Below the pieces are notes generated by a model. The model had not been told where the DNA came from and searched no databases. It was given only the letters and a program-made list of their open reading frames with translations. The position numbers were made by a program, and so were the translations under genes. A stretch of DNA of 63,985 bases, the filler included, from Reclinomonas americana ATCC 50394 (taxonomy: Eukaryota): the NCBI GenBank assembly GCA_048213135.1. It is 7 parts of 4 records of this genome, joined end to end, with 100 filler letters (N's around TTAATTAATTAA, not from the genome) between each part and the next. Parts side by side here need not be neighbours in the genome. Positions count along the whole stretch, not along the records: positions 50,117 to 59,528 come from PS015440.1; positions 59,629 to 63,985 come from PS015442.1; 5 more parts are not named here. One strand, given 5' to 3'. Numbering within the stretch: position 1 is the stretch's first letter; every line of letters starts with the position of its first letter. Shown piece after piece: positions 51,246 to 63,985 of the stretch.

Positions 51246-51889
51246 TGGACCGCTACGCTACGCGCGCCAAGTTTTCACTNNNNNNNNNNNNNNNNNNNNN
51301 NNNNNNNNNNNNNNNNNNNNNNNNNNNNNNNNNNNNNNNNNNNNNNNNNNNNNNNNNNNNNNNNNNNNNNNNNNNNNNNNNNNNNNNNNNNNNNNNNNNN
51401 NNNNNNNNNNNNNNNNNNNNNNNNNNNNNNNNNNNNNNNNNNNNNNNNNNNNNNNNNNNNNNNNNNNNNNNNNNNNNNNNNNNNNNNNNNNNNNNNNNNN
51501 NNNNNNNNNNNNNNNNNNNNNNNNNNNNNNNNNNNNNNNNNNNNNNNNNNNNNNNNNNNNNNNNNNNNNNNNNNNNNNNNNNNNNNNNNNNNNNNNNNNN
51601 NNNNNNNNNNNNNNNNNNNNNNNNNNNNNNNNNNNNNNNNNNNNNNNNNNNNNNNNNNNNNNNNNNNNNNNNNNNNNNNNNNNNNNNNNNNNNNNNNNNN
51701 NNNNNNNNNNNNNNNNNNNNNNNNNNNNNNNNNNNNNNNNNNNNNNNNNNNNNNNNNNNNNNNNNNNNNNNNNNNNNNNNNNNNNNNNNNNNNNNNNNNN
51801 NNNNNNNNNNNNNNNNNNNNNNNNNNNNNNNNNNNNNNNNNNNNNNNNNNNNNNNNNNNNNNNNNNNNNNNNNNNNNNNNNNNNNNNNN

Positions 51890-54843
51890 CAAGTCCGTGG
51901 ATGAGTGCACTCGTCACACGAGCTCACCATTCGCGAAGCGTCTCGCTCGAATGCGGAGAGCGCCAGCGTGACGTGCAGTGTGCGCAGTAGGTCGGCAGGG
52001 AAGCAACCGCCAATCACAATTACCAGCTCGTACAGGCGAGTCTTGCTCAGGATGCGCGGACACTGGCCCGGCGCCTCGTGTGCATCGAGGACGGAACGCA
52101 GGCATTCGACATAGAGCGGAATGCGCCGCGCGTGCTGGCTCTCGTGGCAGGTGAAGGTGAAACTGGAGCTGTTCCAGAAGCTGCGAGAGAAACGGGGTGC
52201 GGTGACAACGTGTACATGGGCAAGAGGGGGTGTGCAGTCAGGATACATAAACGCAACGCGCGGTAGTTCTGCTCGTGAAATTGTTGCAGCGTGGCAGCAT
52301 ACGCTTGGCCGCTCTCGCGTTCCGCTCGAGTCGACATATCGCGAGCCAGCTTCCCCAGAGCGATATCGTCGGCGGCGTGTGCCTCGATGAGCGTCGGGAT
52401 CACCTTGCCGAAAGTCAGCAACTTGTAAAAGTTGCGCAGCACAAATGTCGAGGCCTGCGCATGGCACACAATGAGCAGCAGACAGCGAGGTTAACCGCAA
52501 CTGCAACATCATGCGCACGCACTCGACGCAGGTTATCCGGATCTGCCAGACTGATGCCAAAGGCCCAGTGCAATATTGTCGTACCTGCACATGCACACAG
52601 TTGTTGGCATCGTTCTTGGGACAGCAGAGAGAATCGAGAGCACCAACGAAACTGAACACGGTGGACATGAAGCGGCTTCGACGCAAATTGGTGATCAGCT
52701 TGTTGAGGAGCCACGCTCGTTCCTGTATGCATCACAGCAGTCAACAGACGACAGTCTTGATGGCACAAGCTTCTCAATCACCAACCAAAGCGAGGGTTGT
52801 TGCCTGCACCAGATTGTCGCTGCCAATGCGCCACACCAGCGATGTGTTGCGGTTGACCAGCAACACGGCCGGTGGCAAGCGTCGTGTGTTCTGATTCATG
52901 TGTCGCGCCTCCGGCACAATTATGATCGGATGCCACTGCTCTTCTCCTGTGCGGAGAATGGCGTGGTCAGCACACTGAGAGAACAAAGATGCCGCTCTGC
53001 AAGAACTCACTGGTTTTGAGAGCGTCTGCATCCTGCTCCAGTGGCTTCTGTGGTTCGTCCAGATCCCTCGCGTCGAGATGCAAGTGCAAGCGCTGCACCT
53101 GTGCAGTAGCACGACCGCGAGATGCCGGCAGCTGCGGCGAAGCAAACACGGTGGTTTCCGAGGGCGTCAGAGTCGGTGTTGGCACGACAGTTGTCGGGGT
53201 GGCTGCGACTGCGTGCGCGACGCCATCGGCGTTGGTGTTGGTGGCGGCAGTGGCAGTGGCAGTGGTGGGGGTAGTAGTAGTTGTTACAGCTGTGGACGCG
53301 GTGGCGGTGGCGGTGGCGGCGGCGGTGGCGGGTACAGTTGGGCGTCGCTCCGGTCGTCGGCCAGAGAGAAGGCCTACGCTGGCCTGTGGCGGTGCGTGGA
53401 TATCCATGCCGAACTCGAACGACGACGGGGGTGCCAGCAACTCGCGATCGGGGTGTGCATGGCCGACGGGTGGCGAGTACACCACAAACTGCGACGTTGC
53501 AGTGCGCGGCGACGAGACGGCTGTTGTCGACAAGTCGCGATACACAAACTCGAACGAGGTATCACGCGAGAGCACCAGCACGAGCGAGTCCATTGTGTTT
53601 GCACCGGCACTGTTGGCTCCTGGCGACCACACTTGACCCTGACCTGCAGGCAGGAGCATAGATGAATCACTCACAGCATCACCAGAGAGAGCGTATGTGC
53701 GCTCGTTGCTCACCGCTTTTGAATCGAAAGAGTGGAGGTGTGGAGGCAGCCGGTGATGGCATGTCAGTTGTCGAGTACCGCACTCCTCCTCCTCCGGATC
53801 CTCCTCCTTCACCCCCTGCTGCTGCTGTCGTTGCCGCCGCCGCCGCCGCCGCCGTTGCTGCCGCCAACGCTGTGGCTGCCACTGCGGCATTGAAGGTGCT
53901 GTCGCCGACACTCGAGCTTGCACGGTCACCGACGACGTCATCTCGATCATCTCCGTCACATTCGTCGCGTGCGCTGCCACCGTGAAAGTCTTCGTCGTGG
54001 ATCAGTCCGTCATCTGCGCGACCGCTGTCGATGGAGAGCCGGCCACTCGATTCCTCCCCCTGCTCCTCCCCATGGTCTTCCTCGCCGAATGCCGCGTCTC
54101 CTCCGACGCCACTGCCCGTATGGAAGAAGCAGGAGCGCGGGCGACTGCTGCGAGTGATGTGAGTACACCACGAGAACATCACTTCCCACACGCTGACGCA
54201 ACACTTCCACCCTGCTGTTGTTGTTGTGGTTCTGCCGCTTGACCGCCGGCTGAAATTCGTCCCCGAGGTCGAGGACGGAAGGGTGGCCTGCGACTTCCGT
54301 CGCACTGCCGTCGGCAACGTTGGAGAACAGTCGCTTCAGGGCACCCTGTGGATGGTGTCGAACAAACTACGAACACGCATGAAACCGGACGGGATTGGTC
54401 GGTATTCTGGTCCGAAAAAGGCACTTTCGACTCACATGTTCCGCCAGGCGCGATGTCGCCTCAGCCAGTGGCGACTCGATCTCTGGCGCGCCACACACAG
54501 GGACAGCATCCGCCTGGTCACCATCCACGGCGGCCGCGGATGGCGCGACAGTGCGCGAATGATCCTTGCCGATCGCCCGCCTGTCGACACATTGGCGACA
54601 TGCAAACCCCCCGAAACAAACACACGGACGATGAGCACGCAACTCTGCTTCACAACCCGTCGTGTGATCACCACCACCAACTACGAGGCACGCACACACA
54701 CACGCCATTCGCAACACCACAGTCAGCAGGAAAATCGAACAGGCGAGTGTGATCAAAGTGCCCGCACCATCATCCAGCGCGCATTCAGCGACCTCTGCCT
54801 CTCCTTCTCCACCTCCTCCTCGTCGTCCTCCAGCGCAAGACTT
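51890..54843 (-). CDS. Uncharacterised low-complexity multi-exon protein, ends in gaps
   Basis: In-frame splice path through ...SRLAEH|GALKRLFS..., poly-Ala/Thr tracts, EEQWHPIIIVP and FVLRNFYKLL. No domain recognised. Confidence 0.5.
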
Positions 54844-55956
54844 CTATGCGCATGTGTGTGTTTGTCACTACCCATCGACGGCATCCAGGGCGACACAAAC
54901 ACACAAAGATACAGCCACGCACCACCACCACCATCGTCGGCTTGTCGCTCGCAGATGCCGCCACCACAGAGCGCGTTGTGTATCGGCTGCGACAAGGCCA
55001 CCAGCAGTGTCACAGAGAGAGAGAGAGAGCGACACTGTGCTCTCTCTCTCTTCCTCACTTACCCTGCCGCTNNNNNNNNNNNNNNNNNNNNNNNNNNNNN
55101 NNNNNNNNNNNNNNNNNNNNNNNNNNNNNNNNNNNNNNNNNNNNNNNNNNNNNNNNNNNNNNNNNNNNNNNNNNNNNNNNNNNNNNNNNNNNNNNNNNNN
55201 NNNNNNNNNNNNNNNNNNNNNNNNNNNNNNNNNNNNNNNNNNNNNNNNNNNNNNNNNNNNNNNNNNNNNNNNNNNNNNNNNNNNNNNNNNNNNNNNNNNN
55301 NNNNNNNNNNNNNNNNNNNNNNNNNNNNNNNNNNNNNNNNNNNNNNNNNNNNNNNNNNNNNNNNNNNNNNNNNNNNNNNNNNNNNNNNNNNNNNNNNNNN
55401 NNNNNNNNNNNNNNNNNNNNNNNNNNNNNNNNNNNNNNNNNNNNNNNNNNNNNNNNNNNNNNNNNNNNNNNNNNNNNNNNNNNNNNNNNNNNNNNNNNNN
55501 NNNNNNNNNNNNNNNNNNNNNNNNNNNNNNNNNNNNNNNNNNNNNNNNNNNNNNNNNNNNNNNNNNNNNNNNNNNNNNNNNNNNNNNNNNNNNNNNNNNN
55601 NNNNNNNNNAGATAGATGAGAGAGAGAGAGAGCAGAGGTCATCAAAGCGTTGTGACATGAGGAAATTGCGACGGCGAATGGTGGAAGGCGCAGAAGAGAG
55701 GTGCTGAACACGCTCCACAGACCCCCTCACCAAACACCGTCGCCCAGCGAACAAGAAATGGGATGAAGAAACAGAGAATGGGGAGAGACAAGGACAGGGC
55801 GAGAAGAGGAGGAGGAGCGGAGGCGAGGGGCAAGGGAAGAGGAACTGCAGCAAACACATAATAACTCGCATATTCCTCCTCTTTCCACTTGCTTCCCTCC
55901 CCCGCTCCGCTCACGACACCTTCCTCGACCCACAGGTCACCACCGACTGGAGCTGC

Positions 55957-57182
55957 TCACGTGGAGAACACACCCAGCTCCGAGTCGTACGTGACGCGAC
56001 ACCGCCGAGCGCGTGATGTGGCCGCATCAAAGCACAATGCCTCCTCAATCGGCGGCGCATACAAGTGCAGAGTCACCGCCGGCACCGCTCCCGTGTTGCT
56101 GACCTTATGCACGCCGAGTTCATCTGCAACATGCGCGGTGTGCGTGAGACACATGAACATCGATACAGAATCTCAAATTGGATAACCCGACAAAGCACCC
56201 TCCCCCCCTGATGCCACGCACCCTCAATGTAGACACATCGCTGGTCGACTTGCGGCGAGAACGTCATGCTGGTGGTCTCCATCGCCACCATCGGGCGGCT
56301 CATGCGCTCATCCTCGTCAGTGGGGTACGCGTATCTCGTCTCCACCAACTCGCCCTGCACGTGGCGCATCCAGCACTGCGAGCCTCCGTGCGCGTGGATG
56401 GAGCTGCGTGTACGTGCGTTGCACGAGTGAGGATTCCGAGATGCGGCATATGCGAAACGAATGTCACGAATGACGTTGCACAGAGCGCACCTCTCGACTC
56501 CCGAGTGCCAGCAGAGGAACAGCAGCGCAAACTCGTCGGTCTTGTACACCAAGTTGCGCGTGTACCTGGACGGATCAAACTTGAGGTACTTGCGTTGGTC
56601 TTCCTCTGTAATGTCCGTGCGCGCCATCAGGTGGCGCACGCGCTCCGCATTCACTGGGCCCCCTCGTGCCGCCGCAAACTATTCCCACACAAGCGAGGAG
56701 GAAGAAGCAGAAGAGAAGAAGAGAGCGCGTCAGTCGTGGTGCCATGAGCAACACCCCAAATCAGCTCTCCACTCGCACACACACATGGATTTGATGTAAC
56801 GCTCTTTCCACCACTAATACACACCCGCACTCACCTCCTGATGGAGCTCAGCAATGAGCTTCTCCATGTTGCGCGACGGCGCCGGCGCCACCAAACGCAT
56901 CACGCCATCCGTGCACTGACATGCGGGACTCACGACGCCACCCAGTGCCAGCGGCATGGGGATCAAGAGTCGCACAGGCGACTCATCCGCCTCCCCATCC
57001 ACATCCATCATCACCGCCGACGACTTGTTGCCGCTCGCGTCGTCCTCCTCAATGAGCATGATGCTCTCGCCCAGGCAGTCTCGCGTCGTCGTCATTGTGG
57101 TGGTGGTCGCTTTCGCGCTGATGGCGACATCACCGCCGCACATCACGCCCTCGTCATCATCACGGGGAATCAAGCTGAACAT
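55957..57182 (-). CDS. CDO1: Cysteine dioxygenase type 1
   Basis: YTRNLV (Arg60 equivalent), LCWHSG, SIHAH (two His ligands), SQCW (crosslink Cys), HKV (third His), LHLYAPP (Tyr157 equivalent). Three introns. Confidence 0.92.
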
Positions 57183-57600
57183 TTGTCGTTGCTGTGTCGC
57201 ACGCGCGCTGCTTTCTCTTGTGATGCTCTCTTCCGCTCTTCACGCTCTCGAATGATCACACACACGTTTGTCCGTGACAAATGGCGCGCGAGCGCTCCCG
57301 CAAAAAACACACTTTACTTTCGCGTTTGCACCGCCAGAGGTATGCTTCAATTGCTCCTCACACACACACACACTTTCGCGCGCTCTCCCTTTCTCGCGCT
57401 CTTTGCATGCTGTTGTGCACACACACACGCGCATGTGAAATGTTTTTTGTGTGTGCATGTTGTGCACTTTCCTCTTGTGGCGCGGGAATAACGTCATCGC
57501 ATGTCATGCATCCGAGAGAGACTCTCTCTTTCTCTCTTTTCTCTTTTCTCTTTTCTCTCTTTCTCCGCCTCTCTCACACGTGTGTGCGCACACAGGAGAG

Positions 57601-59528
57601 ATGACCGCTCAGCAGCAGCGGCTGAGTGAGCTCGATGGTCCCTCGCCGCTGTCCTCTCCGCGCTCCTCCGGAGGCGGCGGCGGCGGTGGCAGTGGCGACC
57701 TGCAGTTGCGTCCTTGCCTTCACACACTTCCGTGTCACGCTCGCCGATTCTCACTGACAGTGGGAGGAGCAGGGAGTTGAGTCAAGTGAGCTTGTCGTCC
57801 ATGGGCTCGTTTCTCAGCGGCAAGCGACCGGTGACCCGCATGCACATTGACGGAGTGGACCTGCTGAGTGACTCGCCACCCTCTTCCTCGTCAATGCTGA
57901 TGGGGTCGGCGTCACCACCGCCGCCACCTCCACCACCAGCCGCAGCACCGGCGCGCCTGTCACCTGCTGCGCACTTGGATGACGACGATGGCCACCACCA
58001 CGACGACGACGACGTCGGTGACGACATTGATGAGGGGAAACACGATCCCGCCATGAGGCGAGCCTACGAGATGCTGGCGCGCACGAGTAGCCAGAGCTCC
58101 CAGCCGATGGCGTCACACAAGCGGGAGAGTGCAGCTCGGCAGGCACTGTCGTACGCGCCGACCATTCCAGTGTACTCGTCCGAGGAAGAGGACGACGGGG
58201 TGAGTGATGGAGAGGGCGTTCTCCGCTCCGGAGCACAGGGCAAGCACAAGACGACGCGCGGCAACGCACGCCATCGCATGTCGTTCACTCTCGACTCCTT
58301 GGCCGCCTCTGTTGCGTTTTTCGAGCAGCTCATCTCGTTTCCTACATTCTCCTCACTCCCTCGCAGGCGTTGCAGAATCAGAATCAGTACTCTTCCGGAT
58401 TCATGGTCGATGTCGACATTGGCGACGACGACGATGACGATGAGGATGATGACGATGATGACGACAACGGCCCCAAGGGCGGTTGCGGTGACCATGACAC
58501 GATGATGCATGAGGCGGGGGCGGGCGCATTCGATAATCGCCACTCGCCAACCTTCTGCTTGGGCTCAGTGGCGGGGCTCGGGTCGCTTGGCGAGTATTTC
58601 GATCACATTCCTGAGATGAGGTACCATCGCCGAACGGCTTCCTCGCTGTCGGCGTCCTCTGGCGCCGGCATGACCACCGCCACCACGCCGGCTGCGGGTG
58701 CTTCGGCAAGTCAGCCTGATGTGGCTCACGGCGTGGTGGGCTCGTCGGTGAACCCGCTGACACCGCAAGCCGGTTTCACCTTCCCCAATCCGTTCGCGCC
58801 GACCGCGGCACCCGTTTTTCCCACCATGTCCGCTTCGTCTTCGTCGTCGTCAGCAGCAGCGACAGCGGCAGCAGTGGCTGTAGCGGGTGGCAGGGGTGGC
58901 GGTGGCAAGAGCAGCAGCAGTGGCAGTCTCCTGGACCGGTTGGCCACGGTGGCAGTTGCCGCACAGAAACAGCGGCCCTCGGCCAAGGCCGTTCGCGGCG
59001 GCGCACCTGCCGGCCGGCACGGAGGACGGGGTGCTCTGCTTGTCGAGGATGACGATGACGACGACGACGACGATGACTCCGGGTACAGCGAGGGGGATTC
59101 TGACGACGACGACGACGACGACGACGATGAGGATGAGCAGGGGATGAAAGCGGATGACGACGACGATATTGTCGACGACGGCGACGAGGATGACGATGAC
59201 GACTCGGATTACCGCGGAGGCAGACGGCACACGAAGAAGCGAACGACGCCGCGTGGAAAGGCGGTAGCCGCCACTGCTGCTTCTGTTGGTGCCGCCGCCA
59301 CCGGCGCTGGTGGTGGTGGCAAGCGAGGAAAGAAGGGCTCCACTCAGGCGCGAGTGTCGATCGCGTCCTTGGAGCCGCCACGGGGAAAAACGCGACTTCG
59401 TGGCCGGCCCAGCAAGTCCACGGCAACGACAACAACAGTGCACAATGGCGACATTAGCAAGGCCGTGCGCGCTGCCGCGGTCAGCTCGCCGCCGGACAAG
59501 TCGCAGTCGTCGAAAAAGACGGCCAAGT
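57601..59528 (+). CDS. Acidic, low-complexity, probably nuclear protein, 3' end in gap
   Basis: ATG at 57601. Introns starting at 57705 and 58311 keep the frame. Poly-Asp tracts, basic clusters and RGRPSK. Confidence 0.6.
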
Positions 59529-59628
59529 NNNNNNNNNNNNNNNNNNNNNNNNNNNNNNNNNNNNNNNNNNNNTTAATTAATTAANNNNNNNNNNNNNNNN
59601 NNNNNNNNNNNNNNNNNNNNNNNNNNNN

Positions 59629-59670
<42 letters not shown>
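59629..59670. repeat. (GA)n microsatellite at a contig edge
   Basis: Pure AG run directly after the N spacer. Confidence 0.95.
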
Positions 59671-59674
<4 letters not shown>

Positions 59675-60107
59675 GAGAAAGAGAGAGAAACGCACGCACA
59701 CGCAGGGAGACAGTGATGCAGGAGGCAGAGAGAGATGCGCGCGCGAGTGTCTGTGTGTGCAAGACAAGTCGCAGAAGCACAGCGTGGTGACACCCTCCCC
59801 CACGCACCATGGGCACAGCAGCCCAGTGGCCAAACTGACGGCCAGTGACACAGCGGGTGGCAGCCGGCGCAAACATTGCAAGACAAGTGATAAACAAAGT
59901 CCGTTGATCACGATTTCATCTCCGTCTTGTAACGGTCTCGAATCTCCCGCCAATTGGCTTCACTTTTTCTTTGCCACTCCCGCGTGCGCGATGCTCGGCC
60001 GCTGAGCCTCTGAGTTGCACGACGCTTTCTGTTGGTGGTGCAACACATACACACGCATACACGCACGCAAGAAGAACATTCTACTCTTGTGAAATCATCT
60101 TCACATC

Positions 60108-61028
60108 ATGGACGTGCTGCGACAAGTACTCGGTGAGTGACCATTGCTCTCTTACTCTCCCTTTTCCCTCTCTCTTTCTCTTTCCCCTGTTCCTGCACAC
60201 GCGCGCTTGTCTGTTGCAAGTGCGTGTGTGTGACATGCATGTCAATGTCTCTCCCTTTTTTTTTTCTTCTTCTTGCACTTCCCTCTCTCTTGCCTGCACG
60301 GTTCCATGTCAAGCAGATTGCTGCACTATTATACATTGTGTGCGGACAATCACAGATGGTTAACCAAGAATAGCGTGATGCGAACATATAGCACGCGCAA
60401 GTCACTCGAGATTGTGTGTGGGTTTTCCGGGGTGGGCGCGCAGTTTTTTCTGCGTGTCTCTCCGGGGCCCCATCAGTGTTCCTTGTACCACGTGTGCATC
60501 ACTGGTGATGCGCTTTCTCCCTGATTGTGGCCTGACATTCTTTCACAACAATCTCTCTCTCCTCTTTGTTGCTGTGTTGTTGTCTGTTGCTCATGAATGC
60601 ATTCGTGTGAAATGCAGGATGGATTGACGCGTTTGCTTTCGGCCAGTCGCGCTGGAGTGCCGCCAGTCTTGTTGCTGTGATTGGCGCCTTTCTGGTTCAT
60701 CGATGGCTCGGCACGTGGCGTCGTGGATCTGCTGCCTCGGCAATGCCGCCGACGGCCACGACCAGTGTCGGGCGACGCATTCTCAGTGGTCTCTTTGAGG
60801 TAATGCCTCCTCCCCTTTCCTTGTCCCCCTCCATGTCCATTCTCCCGCCCCTCACACACACGCACGTCCCCGCAGTCGCCACTGTTTGACGACGATGAGG
60901 AGCTGAAGCTCAAGCCGGTGGCGGTGCACACGTATGTGTATGTGCATCCGACGCATCACAATGAAGACGGCGTGTTTGTGCGACTGCTGGTGGAGAACAC
61001 CAGTGAGCTGGCGACACATGAGCGCTGA
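60108..61028 (+). CDS. Small uncharacterised protein (about 120 aa) with one hydrophobic segment
   Basis: Three exons: MDVLRQVL|GWIDAFAFGQSRWSAASLVAVIGAFLVHRWL...GLFE|SPLFDDDEELKLKPVAVHTYVYVH...HER-TGA, with strong donors GTGAGT and GTAATG. Confidence 0.55.
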
Positions 61029-61086
61029 GAGCAATGGAATGAAAACAAGCAAACAATCTGTGCATTATGGATTTGTTTTTAATTGA

Positions 61087-63864
61087 CTATGTTCTTCTCC
61101 TCTTCTCGGGTGGCTCCGACGTCGGTGCCGCGGACCCGACTGGCGCGCGCTTCCGAGTGGATCCAAGCAGAGACACTCCACTGCTCCCCCCTCCACCTCC
61201 TTGTCCGGTCAGCGTGGAGCTGGCGCTGCCGCCCGACGACGAAGAGCCGTACGACGATGATGAGCCGGCAGAGGTTGGCGACGGCACGCCCTGCGTGGCC
61301 ACATTCCAGCCGTACGGATTCTGCCTGCGCGCCTCACTGTTGGCCGTGCTTACCACGGACACTGGCAGCTCCAGCGCACGCTCACGGCAGCCCTCCAACA
61401 CGCGCCACAGTCGTGAGACCATGCGTTCGCGGTCCGTCGATGGCGGTGGACCAAAGCGCACAGGCGTTGCGGCGGCCGACGGCGCAGTCACTGTGGTTTG
61501 CTGCTTGGCGGCGCCCACCAGCAACTTGGAGATGATGGTGGGAGGCGTGGCGGCCGCCGGCGTCGGTGTTGTCGCGCTGAGATCCGGTGTGCCGCGGGCG
61601 ACCGAAAGAGCTGCCGGCGTCTGTGGACCTCGAATCAGCGCCTGCGTCTTGCTGCTCTTGCGACCGACCGCCGAAGAGGACGCCCCCGACATGCTGCTGC
61701 CGCCGACCACCGACATTTTGCGCGGAGGATTCTTGGCGCCCTTGCCGGCTGGCCAGCCACCACCGTCGCCACCGGGAGTGAGCGCTCCTTGCCCACCAGC
61801 CCCTGTGCCTTGCGATCCCGAGTTCCCCACACCGCCGCCGTTCGCAGACGCCAGCGCCAGAGTCGCCTGGCAAAAAGAGAGATTTAGTGCAGTGGTCGAC
61901 GTGTGAACTGTGTGTGTGGGTGTGCACAAACCTCACGAAAGGCAGCATCTCGCGCCAGGGCCACGGCGGCTCGCCGCTGACGACGCAGGTCGCTAATCTT
62001 CACATTCTTGTCGGCCAACTCGGTCGCGGCGGCAAACACCTCCCACGCCCCCACAATGCTGTCGAAGCCGTCGGAGACTTTTGGCGCCACATGCTCTCCC
62101 GCGCGCAGCACGACTGTCGCGCCACCCGCGTGCACATACAGCAAGTGCAGCAACTGGACGCCGAGGGCGGAGCACAGCGAGTGCATTGTGTGTGCGCGCG
62201 GTGCTGCCAGCAGTCGGAACAGCATCTCCGCCTGCGTGCTGGTACCGCTGGCGGAGCCGCAGCTGTCGTCCGCGCCGAGCTCACCACACAGAACCCACGA
62301 CGGCACCGCAAACGGCTGCACCAGCGACAGCACCGGAGCCGTGACTGCGGCAAGGCACGTGCACATGGCCTCAAACGACAGCGTCAACCACGTCTGCTGC
62401 TCCAACTCCACAAAGGGCTCCGGGGTCGACAGCAGCGGACGCAACTGGAGCGAGAGAGCGCAAGAGAAGAGTGAGACACCACCCACCCACCAATCACAGG
62501 CACACACCAAGCAACTCACCAGCGCCAACTCGAGAAACACGAGGTGAGCGAGATATGTCAAGCTGTCGTCGAGCACATGCTCGCTCTCATCCGTGACCGC
62601 CGACGCACACAGTTCGGTAGCGTGATCGTGCAGCGCTTGCGCCACATGACCCAACGTCGGTCGCAGCATCTCCAGCGGCGTACCAGCAGTCAGCGTACGC
62701 GCCCATGCAGCGAGCGCGGCCGATGCCACTTCACGGCAGCCGGGGATGCCGGTCGAGTCGTCGCGATGCCTACACCACCATAGTTAGCGACATGTGCACG
62801 GTGTACACAGGCACACGCCAGCAGAGTCGGTGTACGCACGGCAATTCAGCGCTTTCCTCCACCGGCGGGCACACGGCGAGTTGCACGAGGTACGACAGCG
62901 TCTCCGCCGGCGAGCAATTCAGTTGCTTGAGAGCACTGACAAGCGCGTGTGCCATCGAGCCCGGCAGCGACAGACTCAACGATTTCCACAGGTGCGGCAC
63001 AAACGGTCCCTGCGGGAGTGATTTGCGTTCAGAAGAGAGCAGGGAAAGGCACGGAATATTGTGATTGTCTCGCCACACCTCCTGCTCTGTGGCTTGTACG
63101 GCACGCCACACCAGACGACGGGCACGCCAGCAACCGCGCGCGCACAACAAAATCGTTTCGCTGACCGAGGCGACTGAGTGACCGAGCTGCAACGGGACGA
63201 GACCCGACAGCGCCGTGACAACTCGCGGAGCCACTACAATCGCACAGAGGTGAGAATACTGCGCACAGACACTCTTCCTCATTTACCACTCCCTCACCGT
63301 CGTGATGTGATGACTCGACCAGTGCAGTGACCGCGATCTGCGTCAAATCTGCCAGCACTTCCGGCGACTCGTTGGAACACTGACCACCCCGCATGCAGGC
63401 CACGGCCAACTGGCACTGTTGGCAAAAAAAAAAAAAAACAACGTGAGCAGACACGCATCACAGAAGGTGTGATGGCCAAACGCACCACCAGTGGATGTGA
63501 CATGTCACACGGAGCACTGTTGTCGACACGCCAGTCCAACACATGCTTGCTGCTCAAGAAGGCACTGGCCACGTCGGCCAACAGGCGCACTTGCACCGCG
63601 GCCAGCAATCGGGAGTCGACGAGAACCGGTCGCAGACACACACTCCACCATGTGCCACGACTCATGCCGGCCGCCAGCCGCAGACCAACCAGCCATGTCC
63701 AGAATGCCGCGTACTTTTCAATCGACTGTGGCGTCGCACAGCACCGCGATGAATACAAGAGACGAGATGGGCGAGACAGCATCGCACGGGGCACAGCACC
63801 TGGCTAAAGAGTCGCACGGCGAGATCAGTAATCGCAGCGGCCACTTGTTCACGCAGTCGTAACC
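61087..63864 (-). CDS. Uncharacterised Leu-rich helical protein with Gly/Ser-rich tail; 5' end outside window
   Basis: Successive minus-strand ORFs (63294-63794, 62770-63282, 61884-62729, 61087-61929) separated by intron-like tracts. Stop at 61087. Confidence 0.55.
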
Positions 63865-63928
63865 TGTAATCGGTAGGCAACTAACAACACGTCGCAACTC
63901 GACAGTCAGCAGCAGCCACACACACAAA

Positions 63929-63929
<1 letters not shown>

Positions 63930-63985
<56 letters not shown>
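63930..63985. repeat. (CA)n microsatellite
   Basis: Pure AC run to the end of the window. Confidence 0.95.

Overview
This is compact, GC-rich, intron-dense nuclear DNA from an unidentified microbial eukaryote, read in the standard genetic code. Introns are GT-AG, mostly about 60-80 nt, with CTCAC/CTGAC/CTAAC-like branch points and frequent (CT)n/(GT)n microsatellites. The assembly is a gapped draft: six 100-nt N spacers carry an artificial TTAATTAATTAA linker, so adjacency across them is unproven. Hand-spliced genes include tRNA-Arg(CCT), mitochondrial-type IleRS, a DUF4708/C18orf63-like protein, a DUF3592 membrane protein with a mitochondrial-like presequence, VLCFA 3-ketoacyl-CoA reductase, ADF/cofilin, a CTLH-WD40 protein, TFIIIC subunit 3, a fragmented PP2C, a TSNAXIP1_N-like protein, a DPB3/CHRAC1-like histone-fold protein, a ubiquitin-like protein and cysteine dioxygenase. 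Two things stand out. (1) There is a window-wide two-class 5' splice-site pattern: after an exon-terminal G the donor is GTNNG, while after A/C/T it is almost always a one-base-shifted form, GTTGCGT/GTTGAGT/GTTACGT. (2) A 13-kb array holds at least 39 cadherin-like domains, each on its own symmetric phase-1 exon. All gene models and family assignments come from manual reading and recalled motifs, not from searches.
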